NCBI GenBank assembly: GCA_035370665.1
Contig: DAOOVZ010000001.1
Coordinates: forward strand, 1-62,589
Source: Candidatus Hydrogenedens sp.
GTDB lineage: Bacteria > Hydrogenedentota > Hydrogenedentia > Hydrogenedentales > Hydrogenedentaceae
Direction of reading: 5' to 3'
DNA length: 62,589 bases
The position numbers and the translations under genes were made by a program. The notes beneath the pieces are model-generated. The model was not told the DNA's origin. It saw only the letters and a program-made list of their open reading frames with translations, and made no database searches. Positions 8,767 through 18,431 of the stretch are shown here, piece after piece. Every line of letters starts with the position of its first letter. The first letter of the stretch is position 1.

Positions 8767-8916
8767 GGGGAATTTATAGGAACATCTTATAAAAAATATG
8801 AAAACAAAAGATTAAAAAGTTCAATTGCCAGGGATATATTTGATAAAATGTGAAAAAGAAGTAATAAGGAAGATTTTTCTGTTTTTTAGGAGAAAGTAAA
8901 TTGGAGATATATAATT

Positions 8917-9726
8917 ATGAACGAAATACCATACTTCCAAACAAATGAAATAAAAATATATAACGATGACTTTTTGAACTTTAATCTTATTGAGGATAAA
9001 TCTATAGACTTAATTGTAACTTCACCACCTTATAATTTGGATGTTAAATATAATTCTTATGATGATAAAATGCCATATTATATATATCTTGAATTTACAC
9101 AAAAATGGTTGGAGAAAGCATATAAATTATTAAAAGATGATGGTCGTTTTTGCCTTAATATACCTCTTGATAAAAATAAAGATGGTCAGCAAAGTATTTA
9201 TGCAGATATTGTTACAATTGCTAAAAAAATTGGATTTAACTATCACTCTACAATTGTATGGAACGAACAAAATATTTCAAGAAGAACAGCCTGGGGTTCA
9301 TGGCTTTCTGCTTCATCTCCTTATGTCATTGCTCCTGTTGAGATGATTGTTGTTTTATACAAAAAAAATTGGAAAAAACTAAGTGGTAGTAAAAAATCAG
9401 ACATATTGAAGAAAGAATTTATAGAGTGGACTAATGGTGTTTGGACATTTGTAGGGGAAAGCAAAAGAAGAATAAATCATCCTGCTCCTTTTCCAATAGA
9501 ACTTCCAAGAAGATGTATTAAGTTATTTACATTTGTAGGAGATGTAGTGTTAGACCCTTTTCTCGGAAGTGGAACAACATTAATGGCTTGTTCACTTACT
9601 GGAAGAAAGGGAATTGGTGTAGAAATAGATGAAAATTATTGTGAAATAGCCAAACAAAGATTGATAGACAAAGGGAAAATAAACCAACTTACTTTTGAAA
9701 TATCTTCTCAGGAAATGGAAATATGA
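8917..9726 (+). CDS. Beta-class N4/N6 DNA methyltransferase (SPPY type, possibly m4C)
   Basis: Motif IV DLIVTSPPYN lies N-terminal. The AdoMet motif HPAPFPIELPRRCIKLFTFVGDVVLDPFLGSGTT lies C-terminal. Confidence 0.9.
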   Translation: MNEIPYFQTNEIKIYNDDFLNFNLIEDKSIDLIVTSPPYNLDVKYNSYDDKMPYYIYLEFTQKWLEKAYKLLKDDGRFCLNIPLDKNKDGQQSIYADIVTIAKKIGFNYHSTIVWNEQNISRRTAWGSWLSASSPYVIAPVEMIVVLYKKNWKKLSGSKKSDILKKEFIEWTNGVWTFVGESKRRINHPAPFPIELPRRCIKLFTFVGDVVLDPFLGSGTTLMACSLTGRKGIGVEIDENYCEIAKQRLIDKGKINQLTFEISSQEMEI

Positions 9727-10319
9727 ATGAGGATAAAATTACGATTGCCGACCTAATTATGGAGTTTTTTTACAATAATCCAAAAAAGGATTTGACACAT
9801 GGACCGGTGGTAGATTATGTAGAAAAAAGATATATGGAACTTTATGGAAAGAAACCTAGAGACCCATGGAGACAAATTCGTAAATTTCATCAAGAAGGGA
9901 TACTAATAAAAGTTAAAAAAGGTGTTTATAAATATGACCCGGAGCATGTTAAACATAGGCAACTTTATGAATTTCCACCTAATATAAAAGAGGAAATTTT
10001 TAAAAGAGATGGATATAAATGTATACTTTGTGGAAAAGGTAGAGAAGATGGGATTGAAATCCATGCCGACCATAAAACACCCCTTGATGAAAATGGGACA
10101 AATGATATTGACAATGGACAAACTCTTTGCTCTGAACATAATTTTTTAAAAAAGACATATTCTCAGACAGAATTTGGAAAAAGGTTTATAAATAAACTTT
10201 ACAAAGATGCTGTTAAAAATAAAGATGAAAAGATGATAAATTTTTGCAAGGATATACTCGATGTTTATGATAAACATAAAATAAATGGTCATATAAAGAG
10301 GGCTAATCATGATGATTGA
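9723..10319 (+). CDS. HNH-family endonuclease, candidate restriction endonuclease of this R-M operon
   Basis: YKCILCGK ... IEIHADHKTPLDENGTNDIDNGQTLCSEHN (CxxC + HNH/beta-beta-alpha-Me). It has an ATGA overlap with the upstream methyltransferase. Confidence 0.8.
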   Translation: MNEDKITIADLIMEFFYNNPKKDLTHGPVVDYVEKRYMELYGKKPRDPWRQIRKFHQEGILIKVKKGVYKYDPEHVKHRQLYEFPPNIKEEIFKRDGYKCILCGKGREDGIEIHADHKTPLDENGTNDIDNGQTLCSEHNFLKKTYSQTEFGKRFINKLYKDAVKNKDEKMINFCKDILDVYDKHKINGHIKRANHDD

Positions 10320-10533
10320 CAGAGAAGTTATAAGAGAATATTTAAGTGAAGAATTGAGTGGAATTGAAATTCCTAAAGATATTCCGCATAATGTTCTTAT
10401 AGAGACCTTCTGTAGATATATTGAAGATGATTATTACAATTGGATAAAAGATAACTTCATGACATTTTTTGACGATGGAGACCCAGATTGGGATTGGATT
10501 AGAGAGAGAATTAGGTATTCATCAAAAGAATAA
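10309..10533 (+). CDS. Small acidic Trp-rich protein of unknown function
   Basis: A 74-aa ORF that overlaps the HNH stop by 11 nt and the next methyltransferase ORF by 65 nt. It has about 19 Asp/Glu against about 9 Lys/Arg and a DDGDPDWDW motif. I see no recognisable family, so its coding status is uncertain. Confidence 0.4.
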   Translation: MMIDREVIREYLSEELSGIEIPKDIPHNVLIETFCRYIEDDYYNWIKDNFMTFFDDGDPDWDWIRERIRYSSKE

Positions 10534-11185
10534 ATTATGGGACTTTCCGACTCAGAATTATGGTAATGTGCAACATGGGGATAATAAGTATCGTGGGGTT
10601 ACACCCGTATTTGTTATATGGAATCTTGTTCAAGGATATACACAAGAGGGAGACCTTGTAATTGACCCGATGTGTGGTAGCGGCACAACTATAGATGTCT
10701 GTAAGGAAGAAAATAGGAGAGTTATAGGTTTCGATATAGTCCCTTATAGAGGAGATATACAGCAAGCAGATGCGAGAGACTTACCTCTTAATAATGATAT
10801 TACAGATTTAATTTTTATAGATTCTCCATATTCGGATAACATAGATTACAATCAACATCCTGATAACATTGGTAGTATCTCCTGTGAAAAAAAGGAATTT
10901 TTTATTGAGTTGGAGAAGGTTGCAAAAGAGTTGTACCGTATTCTTAAACCAGGCAAATATGTAGCATGGCTCATTGGCGACCATTGGAAAAAGAAAAGTG
11001 GTTTTATACCTGTTGGTTTTAAGATTTATGCCATGTTGGAAAAATATTTTAAGCCTGTTGGTATAATTGTTGTAACAAGGCATAACCAGACATCGAACAC
11101 TCTCTTATGGCATAAGAGGGCGAAGCAATATAATTTCTATCTTCGCGGGTTCAAATATCTAATAATCATGCAGAAACAAACATAG
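10469..11185 (+). CDS. Second DNA methyltransferase of the operon (AdoMet motif first, then a DSPY catalytic motif)
   Basis: LWDFPTQNYG...GDLVIDPMCGSGTTIDVC, then LIFIDSPYSDNIDY. The start is uncertain: the only in-frame ATG is at 10469. Confidence 0.8.
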   Translation: MTMETQIGIGLERELGIHQKNKLWDFPTQNYGNVQHGDNKYRGVTPVFVIWNLVQGYTQEGDLVIDPMCGSGTTIDVCKEENRRVIGFDIVPYRGDIQQADARDLPLNNDITDLIFIDSPYSDNIDYNQHPDNIGSISCEKKEFFIELEKVAKELYRILKPGKYVAWLIGDHWKKKSGFIPVGFKIYAMLEKYFKPVGIIVVTRHNQTSNTLLWHKRAKQYNFYLRGFKYLIIMQKQT

Positions 11186-11242
11186 CCTATATATCAAAAA
11201 TTCGCATTTTATCTGCAAGAAGCAATAGGAAAAGTATTCTTT

Positions 11243-12529
11243 TTAACGGTTTCTTTGGGAGAGGACGGCTTGTTCGTATTTTTTGATTTCATTGAACCAA
11301 TTAGGACCGATAGGGACATTGTTTTTCAAGCAATAGTAGTCCCAGACAGCAGACCACGGTAGATTTTTTGTTTCTTCTAAAAGCATGAGTCTTCCTGAAT
11401 AATCGGTCTGATTTTCCAGTTCTTTAAGTATATTTGTTGGTTCTAATAATGCTTTTAGGAGTGCCCTTAATACAGAGCGTGTGCCTATCACCCATGCAGA
11501 AATGCGGTTGATACTTGCGTCGAAGAAATCAAGTCCGATGTATACACGGCTAAATAGATTATGGCGGACAACTTCTTCCATAAGGGCATTGACATCGTCG
11601 TTCATGATAACCACATGGTCGCTATCCCAGCGAACTCCTCTGCTAATGTGCAGCAAGACTTCAGGGATATATAGCAAAACAGCAGAAAGTTTGTCTGCTA
11701 TTGATTCGGTAGGATGGAAATGTCCCATGTCCAGGCAGAGGACTTTCTTCTTTTGCACAGCATAGCCCATGTAAAATTCGTGAGAACCTACAACATAGCA
11801 TTCCGAACCAATCCCGAACAGTTTGCTTTCTATGGAATCTTTATTCAGTGTTTCGTCTATATTCACAGCAAAAATCTCGTCCAATGATTCCTTTAATCGT
11901 TGGCGAGGTGCTAATCTATCAGCAGGAATATCTTTATAGCCGTCCGGTATCCAGATGTTGGTGACGCAGGTTTTCCCAAGGGTTTTGCCGAAATAGGCTC
12001 CGATTTCACGGCAGGCAATACAATGGCGTATCCAGAATTTACGAATAGCCTGGTCTTGATGAGATAAAGTGAACCCAGAGTCTGCTAATGGATGTGCGAA
12101 GCAGGTTGGATTGAAGTCCACGCCCAATCCCTTTTCCTTTGCCCAATCTGCCCAGCGTGAAAAATATTCTGGCGTTAAAGAATCGCGTTCTACCGTTTTG
12201 CCCTGTGTTTCTGCATATATAGCATGCAAGTTGATACGATGTTTACCGGGGATAAGCGACATTGCTTTTTCTATGTCCTGCCTTAATTCGTCTGCGTTTC
12301 TTGCTCTGCCGGGGTAATTTCCTGTTGCTTGTATTCCTCCACTGGAAGTAGATTCAATATGTTCAAAACCTTTAACATCATCTCCCTGCCAGCAATGTAA
12401 GGATACAGGGATATTTGCCAATTTTTTTAGGACTTCATTGGTATCAATTTTGAAAGTTGAAAAAACTTCACGGGCAATTTCATAAGATTTTTCTATATGA
12501 TTTGTGCGATATTCAGGGATAGTAGCCAT
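11243..12529 (-). CDS. rhaA: L-rhamnose isomerase
   Basis: End-to-end resemblance to E. coli RhaA: PVSLHCWQGDDVKGFE, GGIQATGNYPGRARN, HFHPTE, RWDSDHVV, GLDFFDASINRI.AWVIGTR. Confidence 0.9.
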   Translation of the reverse strand: MATIPEYRTNHIEKSYEIAREVFSTFKIDTNEVLKKLANIPVSLHCWQGDDVKGFEHIESTSSGGIQATGNYPGRARNADELRQDIEKAMSLIPGKHRINLHAIYAETQGKTVERDSLTPEYFSRWADWAKEKGLGVDFNPTCFAHPLADSGFTLSHQDQAIRKFWIRHCIACREIGAYFGKTLGKTCVTNIWIPDGYKDIPADRLAPRQRLKESLDEIFAVNIDETLNKDSIESKLFGIGSECYVVGSHEFYMGYAVQKKKVLCLDMGHFHPTESIADKLSAVLLYIPEVLLHISRGVRWDSDHVVIMNDDVNALMEEVVRHNLFSRVYIGLDFFDASINRISAWVIGTRSVLRALLKALLEPTNILKELENQTDYSGRLMLLEETKNLPWSAVWDYYCLKNNVPIGPNWFNEIKKYEQAVLSQRNR

Positions 12530-12715
12530 AGAAATACAACCTTCTAATTTTTGAGTTGAATGTTATTATAAAATATAAAGGTATACATCCTTTTGTATTA
12601 TATTTCATTTTTTAAATTAATTGCGAAAGGATTCTATTGTCCTCAAATAAAACTATTATTTTCGTTATAATATAGCAATGGAATAGAATAACTTATAAAT
12701 AAGAAGGGTTTTAGT

Positions 12716-13117
12716 ATGAAGACTCGAAATTCAGGTTTTACACTAATTGAACTTATCCTTGTAACAATTATTATTGGCATCCTTGCTGGCATGGTGGTTA
12801 TGAACTATGGTGGTAGGGTGCGTGAAACGCAAATCCGTGCAGCCAAAGGGGATATAGCCACATATAGCAATGCAGTTGATTTGTATGCGTTAGACCACAA
12901 TGATAAGTATCCAGCGACACTGGAAGACCTTGTAAGTGGTGAGCGTCGGTATGTCCGTGAGATTCGTCCTGACCCATGGGGTAATCCGTATATATATAAG
13001 CCTGCAACAGACCCATTAAAGGCGGATTATCAGATATTTTCCGCAGGTCCTGATGGTGTGCCCGGGAATGAAGATGATGTTACAAGTTCGTCAAAAACAA
13101 GTCTTACATCAAACTGA
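12716..13117 (+). CDS. gspG: Type II secretion major pseudopilin GspG
   Basis: Prepilin leader plus GFTLIELILV, then the GspG signature DPWGNPYIY ... SAGPDGVPGNEDD. Confidence 0.9.
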   Translation: MKTRNSGFTLIELILVTIIIGILAGMVVMNYGGRVRETQIRAAKGDIATYSNAVDLYALDHNDKYPATLEDLVSGERRYVREIRPDPWGNPYIYKPATDPLKADYQIFSAGPDGVPGNEDDVTSSSKTSLTSN

Positions 13118-13143
13118 TTAGATATTTATTGAATTAAAAGCGT

Positions 13144-13665
13144 GTGATTATTCCAGATTACAAAAAAGAGATAGCGTATGGATTCACCCTTCTTGAATTA
13201 GTAGTGGTGGTGGCGATTATTTCTATTTTGACAGGTATGGTTATCCCAATTTACAATCGCACGATGTATTCTCTGCGGATAAGAAATACCACTCAGGATA
13301 TAACCTCAATCATTCGCTATGCTCAGGAAAAAGCCATAGCAGAATCGCGAGAGTTTCGAGTAACTATTGATGATGAAAAAGGTGAGTTTCGGCTACTTCG
13401 ATTAAAGAGTCAGACATTAGAAGGGGATAAAGAATTTGAGCCTGTGGCTGAGGCAGATGGTGGTGGTGCTATGAATATACCTGAAACGCTAAATATTTCA
13501 CGCATCACTGCGGGTAGGGACAGAAAAACAGGTTTGCGTTATATCTCATGCTATCCGAATGGTGCTTCTGACCCGGGACAAATTGAATTACAATCGCAAA
13601 TCCGGGGACAACGGCAAATTTTAATCAAATGGTCAGGTGCATTAGGGAGATTTGAGATTAAATGA
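13144..13665 (+). CDS. Minor pseudopilin, GspH-like
   Basis: YGFTLLELVVVVAIISIL prepilin-type N-terminal methylation motif. GTG start. Assigned from its position after gspG. Confidence 0.7.
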   Translation: MIIPDYKKEIAYGFTLLELVVVVAIISILTGMVIPIYNRTMYSLRIRNTTQDITSIIRYAQEKAIAESREFRVTIDDEKGEFRLLRLKSQTLEGDKEFEPVAEADGGGAMNIPETLNISRITAGRDRKTGLRYISCYPNGASDPGQIELQSQIRGQRQILIKWSGALGRFEIK

Positions 13666-14129
13666 AGCGAGTTTATTCAACCGTGGGTTATATTTTATTT
13701 GAAGCCGTATTTTCTATGGCACTGCTAAGTATTGCAGGCTTAACTTTTCAATCTGCCTTACGGCAAGCCATATTGACCAGGGGACAGGCTAATGACTATA
13801 CCACAGCAAGATTTTTATTAGAGCAGATAAATTCTGAAATTGAACTTCAACCGCAATATGAAGAGACAGAAAAATCAGGGTCTTTTCCAGAGCCGAATGA
13901 CCGATTTTCTTATGAGTGGAAAATTAGTAGAATCTCGATACCTAAACCAGAATTGCCCCCTGAAATACCTCCTGAACTTCGTGAGAATTTGATAAAAATG
14001 TTTCACGATTATATAGCGAAGGTAGACATCTGGATACGATGGCAAAGGGCAGGCATGAAATTTGAGGTGCATGCCCAAAACTCGTTTCAACCGGAGAAAT
14101 TATGGACACCCGAAGAGTCGCAGCGATGA
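13662..14129 (+). CDS. Minor pseudopilin, GspI-like
   Basis: Degenerate prepilin N-terminus (GYILFEAVFSMALLSIAG). ATGA overlap with the upstream gene. Size and position match GspI. Confidence 0.55.
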   Translation: MKRVYSTVGYILFEAVFSMALLSIAGLTFQSALRQAILTRGQANDYTTARFLLEQINSEIELQPQYEETEKSGSFPEPNDRFSYEWKISRISIPKPELPPEIPPELRENLIKMFHDYIAKVDIWIRWQRAGMKFEVHAQNSFQPEKLWTPEESQR

Positions 14130-14866
14130 CAAATATGTATTATCCTTGCAAATATAGATATGGATTTACTCTAATGGAACTTCTGGTCGCTACTACTCTG
14201 TTGAGCATTGTCCTTTCTTCTGTATATATTCTATTCCACTCCTCAATTCTGACATGGAAACGATTAGAATCAGGTGTCAATCCACAACAGGACGCTCGTC
14301 TGGTCATGAGTTTGATATCTCGTGATATAAATAATCTTATTGCTTCAGCGGGACATCTGTTTGAAGGTGATGACCAACAAATGACCTTATTCTCGATTAC
14401 CGAGCCATTCAACAAAGATACAGGCGAAGGGGGTCATCTTATGCGGATTGAGTATAAATATAATCGAGGGCAGAAACGATTGGAGCGAGAAGAGGCATTG
14501 GTTGAAACAGCATTACCCAAAATGCCACCTGCCAATCGTGAAATAGACCGTTCGCGTGTGAAAATAACAAAGAAGAAAAAGATTACCCTTGTAGGGGATG
14601 TAAGAGGGTTTGAAATAGCATATATCTGGGTCCCTTATGATGATAAACGGAACCCGAAAGAGCCGCCCAAACCTGTTGAACCTGTTTATGCACAAAAGCA
14701 TAAACTTTGTTGGTGGCTACCGCAAGGGATTGAGATTAAAATGGTTCTTTATGATCCTGACCAACCTGATGGGAAAATGGAATTTAAGGAGACCTTTCCT
14801 ATTCGAGCACCATCGGCACATCTAACTGATAAACAAATCCAGAAATTGCTAAAGGATGAGTTATGA
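14126..14866 (+). CDS. Minor pseudopilin, GspJ-like
   Basis: YGFTLMELLVATTLLSIV. I prefer the ATG at 14126, which gives an ATGA overlap with the preceding stop, over 14102. Confidence 0.6.
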   Translation: MTNMYYPCKYRYGFTLMELLVATTLLSIVLSSVYILFHSSILTWKRLESGVNPQQDARLVMSLISRDINNLIASAGHLFEGDDQQMTLFSITEPFNKDTGEGGHLMRIEYKYNRGQKRLEREEALVETALPKMPPANREIDRSRVKITKKKKITLVGDVRGFEIAYIWVPYDDKRNPKEPPKPVEPVYAQKHKLCWWLPQGIEIKMVLYDPDQPDGKMEFKETFPIRAPSAHLTDKQIQKLLKDEL

Positions 14867-15795
14867 AGAAAGGTTTTATTCTCGTATCCGTCCTCTGGAT
14901 GATTACTTTGCTAAGTTTTGTGATATTGGGCTTTGGCAGGCGTGTAATGTTAGACCGCCGAGCCGCTGCTTATAGTTTAGATGTGAGCGAGGCTCGTTTA
15001 TTAGCACATGCTGCTGTTCAACGGGGTATCCTCGAATTGCGGAACAAAGCGGTAGTAGATGCAGCAACACCAGAAGGCATGGGGGGGACCCATCTTGGTC
15101 AACTTTGGGCACGACCCAGAAGTTTAATAAAAGACCTAAAAATGTTAGACTGGACCGGCGACCAGAGTGAAGACGATGTATTTTATGCGATTACAGATGA
15201 GGAAAGTAAAATAAATTTAAATTCTACTTCAAAAGAGGTTCTTGAAGAGGTTAAGGGAATTAATCGGAGTGTGATTCGTCAGATTGTTAAACGAAGGACA
15301 GAGGCAGTTCATCAGGATGAGGGTATATCCCCATTCCAGGTAGAAGAGGAGTTGCGTTATTTAAGGGGTGTGAAAGATGATGACTGGTTCGGCACAAAGC
15401 GTAATCCTGCCCTTAAAGATATGTTTACTGTTCACGGTTGTGGCAAGATTAACTTGAATACTGCTTCTGAACAAGTATTGAGATGTATTCCAAAGTTGAG
15501 CGACCGTGCCATTGGAACAATTCTGGGCTACAGGGCAGGTGCTGATGGCGAACTCGGGACAAGTGATGACAAAGGTTTTAAGAATGTCGAGGAACTAATG
15601 GATAAAACAGGACTCTCAGGAGACCCTGTGGATGTCATTAAACAGTATTGTATATTTACTTCGACATGCTATCGGATAAAAGGATATGCAACATTGAGAA
15701 ATGGTAGAATAAGGATGGCATGCACAGCCGTTGTGTATATTGAAGGTTCTAATGCAAACTTAATTCGTTGGCAGGAGGAGACTTTTGGATTATAA
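14863..15795 (+). CDS. Minor pseudopilin, GspK-like
   Basis: N-terminal GFILVSVLWMITLLSFV without the conserved Glu+5. INLNTAS helix-hairpin-helix-like motifs typical of GspK. ATGA overlap with the upstream gene. Confidence 0.65.
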   Translation: MKKGFILVSVLWMITLLSFVILGFGRRVMLDRRAAAYSLDVSEARLLAHAAVQRGILELRNKAVVDAATPEGMGGTHLGQLWARPRSLIKDLKMLDWTGDQSEDDVFYAITDEESKINLNSTSKEVLEEVKGINRSVIRQIVKRRTEAVHQDEGISPFQVEEELRYLRGVKDDDWFGTKRNPALKDMFTVHGCGKINLNTASEQVLRCIPKLSDRAIGTILGYRAGADGELGTSDDKGFKNVEELMDKTGLSGDPVDVIKQYCIFTSTCYRIKGYATLRNGRIRMACTAVVYIEGSNANLIRWQEETFGL

Positions 15796-17407
15796 AGGAA
15801 ATAAATACAACCTGATAACCGTCGAAGGGGAATATTACACACTGCTTCGGATACATAAAACCCGAAAAGGTTGGGAAGTGCTGGATTTTGAAACGAACTT
15901 TGACCTGAATTCCTCTTCTCAAGTGTCTCTTTCTCAACTGAAACAAAAAGCGAGAGAAAAGAAATGGCTAAACGAACCGTGCTATTTTGTTCTACCCAGA
16001 CATGAGATTACCTCTCGCATAATTACCCTGCCTTCTCACGATATAAACGAGATTAAGAATATGGTTGCATTAAGCGCAGAAGAATTTGTCCCATATTCAT
16101 TGGAGGAGATTCAGGTATCTCAATGTATATTAGAGAAACTGCCTAATTCTGAGAGTAGAGTTTTTGTAGCCATAGCACATCGTGACCTGATACAGGAAAA
16201 GATTAATGCCTTGCAAGAAATGGGATGGGAACCCTCAGGTATTCTGGTAAGCACAGGCTTAATCGTGAATACTATGTCCGAAATTATAAAGGCAAAAACG
16301 AAGCGAACAGGATATATCGGCTTTGTTCATCTGGCACTTGGGGGTATCGAAGTTGCTATTTTTAACAATAATACTTTGCAATTTTCAAGAGGTGTGCGAA
16401 CTACCTGGGAAGTTGGCGAAACTACTGCAAATGCAATTAGTCCAAAACCTATGCAGCCTGAACCTCCGGAGATTGAGACGGTATTAGACCCGTTCCGTAC
16501 CTCTCTGGAAACAGTAGAACCAGCACAAAGTCCAGAAAAAGGTCAAGAGGAAATATCCACTGATTTAACACATGAAATTCTAAGAGAAATAAGGACTTCC
16601 TTAAATACTTATCAACGAGAGACAGAGACAGAAATTGATATTGATACTATTTACATTAGTTCCGATTTTAATGTAAACGCGAAATTAAAAGATGATTTAG
16701 AAAAGTTTCTGGATATTCCCTGTGCTTTTATTTCTTTGAATGATTTCAAGGATGTTCAAACAGCAGAAGCAATTAAACCTCCTATTTCTGTGCCATTATT
16801 TGGGATAGGAATATCCTTATCGCAAGGCGAACCATTTTCGTTAAATCTTTTACCTGAAAAGTTGCTTGAAACTCATAAAGTTCGACAACTTGCTACACAT
16901 ATCAAGCGATGTGCAGTGTTGATTTTACTTTTAATATTAGCACTGATATGCCTGTTTGTGGAGAGTGTGCATCAGCGGCAGCAATTAGTTCGTGAATTAG
17001 AACAGCAAGTCGCAGAATTAGAACCTAATGCACGCGGCGTGGCAGAGAAACGACAGCAACTTCAAATCTTACGGCGAGAAGTTGCAAAAAGTGGTTCTGT
17101 CCTAGATTATCTTGCACGAATTACTGAGGCAGCACCTCCGCGATTGAATATAAATATGGTTAGTTATCGGCGATTGGAAGGAATTAATATTTGGGGCAGA
17201 GCCAAAACAATAGACATTATCCATACTTTCGCTGAAAATTTAAGACGGCAGGCAACAGCCAGTGCTTTAAATGCTTTTCAACAGGCAAGAAGCGTTTATG
17301 AACAGCAGACGCGTGAGCAGAATGAAATAATTTTTGATTATCAGATATCCATACCCTTTATTGAAGAGGAAGAAGTAAGTGGTTCAGATACTACTTCAAA
17401 TCCATAA
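15785..17407 (+). CDS. PilM/GspL-like actin-fold assembly protein fused to a PilN-like TM + coiled-coil segment
   Basis: The N-terminal region resembles PilM. A single TM follows (CAVLILLLILALICLFV), then a coiled coil (QRQQLVRELEQQVAELE). TTG start overlaps the gspK-like stop. Confidence 0.6.
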   Translation: MDYKGNKYNLITVEGEYYTLLRIHKTRKGWEVLDFETNFDLNSSSQVSLSQLKQKAREKKWLNEPCYFVLPRHEITSRIITLPSHDINEIKNMVALSAEEFVPYSLEEIQVSQCILEKLPNSESRVFVAIAHRDLIQEKINALQEMGWEPSGILVSTGLIVNTMSEIIKAKTKRTGYIGFVHLALGGIEVAIFNNNTLQFSRGVRTTWEVGETTANAISPKPMQPEPPEIETVLDPFRTSLETVEPAQSPEKGQEEISTDLTHEILREIRTSLNTYQRETETEIDIDTIYISSDFNVNAKLKDDLEKFLDIPCAFISLNDFKDVQTAEAIKPPISVPLFGIGISLSQGEPFSLNLLPEKLLETHKVRQLATHIKRCAVLILLLILALICLFVESVHQRQQLVRELEQQVAELEPNARGVAEKRQQLQILRREVAKSGSVLDYLARITEAAPPRLNINMVSYRRLEGINIWGRAKTIDIIHTFAENLRRQATASALNAFQQARSVYEQQTREQNEIIFDYQISIPFIEEEEVSGSDTTSNP

Positions 17408-18431
17408 TTATTGGAAAAGATTTTCACTTCGAGAACGGAGGCTTATCCTTGCTGTTCTGGTTGTAGGGATTCTCTTTTTGCTTAATCTGATATATCGTTC
17501 TACTATGGGATACATCAGTGAATTAGAGAATACTCTCGACCGTTTACAGGAAGACCTCATCAATTATACCCACCAGTTGGCTTTGAAACAGAGTGTAGAA
17601 TCGGAATATGCTCAGGTGGCTCGTCAACATTCAAGCAAATGGACAGAGGCAGAAATTCATGATAGACTGCGTCAAGAATTGTATCGCCTCGCCCAGAAGT
17701 ATCCGCCGGAGTTAAATGAAGAAGGAATTCCAATAAAAACATTAACAGACACAGGGGCTCTGGTTGAAATTCCATCTCTGCAACAGGGAATTTTAAGAAC
17801 AACAGATAAAAACTACCGAGAATACACCATAAATGTGAAATTACCACCTTCAACTTTTTCTTCAATGATACAGTTCTTACAACGACTTCAAAGTAGTCCA
17901 CAATCATTGCGAATTGATAACATTGATTTAAGACGACATCCATTAGAAGAAAAGGTAAGTGCGGATATGGATATAACCCGGATTATTACAGCAGGTATGC
18001 CAGTAGAAGGTTCTGAGTATTCATCTATGATTAATTTAAGTCTTGACCCGGTGGATTGGAACTGTGTAGGTGGTGTATTGCAGGTTCAGGAGGACGCACA
18101 AAAAAAAGTGAATTGTCTCATAGCAGAAGCGACACAAGACACGATGGAACTATCGTATGTTCGTTCCTTTTCACCAGGAGATAAATGGACTCTTGAAATT
18201 GAAATAGGAACGAAAGCCAATGGTTATATACAGGTATCTTCACCTGATAATATCCGTTTTGATGGCAAAGAAGTCTTGAAAAATGATGGTAAGATTTACC
18301 ATTATAAATTAAGTATGTCTTTGCCAGATTCAAAGCAGGAGCGATTACGGGTACGAATACCACATTTAGTTATTCAAGGAAATGGAAGTAAAATATACAT
18401 TTATAATGGAAAATTAGTGAAAGTAGGATAA
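17379..18431 (+). CDS. PilO/GspM-like bitopic protein with an extra C-terminal beta-rich domain
   Basis: N-terminal TM (LILAVLVVGILFLLNLIY) followed by a coiled coil. Assigned from operon position. GTG start. Confidence 0.45.
   Translation: MVQILLQIHNYWKRFSLRERRLILAVLVVGILFLLNLIYRSTMGYISELENTLDRLQEDLINYTHQLALKQSVESEYAQVARQHSSKWTEAEIHDRLRQELYRLAQKYPPELNEEGIPIKTLTDTGALVEIPSLQQGILRTTDKNYREYTINVKLPPSTFSSMIQFLQRLQSSPQSLRIDNIDLRRHPLEEKVSADMDITRIITAGMPVEGSEYSSMINLSLDPVDWNCVGGVLQVQEDAQKKVNCLIAEATQDTMELSYVRSFSPGDKWTLEIEIGTKANGYIQVSSPDNIRFDGKEVLKNDGKIYHYKLSMSLPDSKQERLRVRIPHLVIQGNGSKIYIYNGKLVKVG

Noticed and set aside
10309-11185. The idea that the small acidic ORF and the second methyltransferase are one gene split by a frameshift
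   Set aside because: Methyltransferases of this type begin only about 10-25 residues before the W-D-F-P block, so no long N-terminal domain is missing. The acidic ORF shows no methylase-like sequence. I kept them as separate features with uncertain starts.
12530-12715. Sigma-54 (-24/-12) promoter upstream of gspG, expected because an NtrC-type activator flanks the operon
   Set aside because: There is no TGGCAC-N5-TTGC-like element with correct GG/GC spacing. TGGAATAGAATAACTT lacks the GC dinucleotide. Only a weak TATAAT-like box is present.
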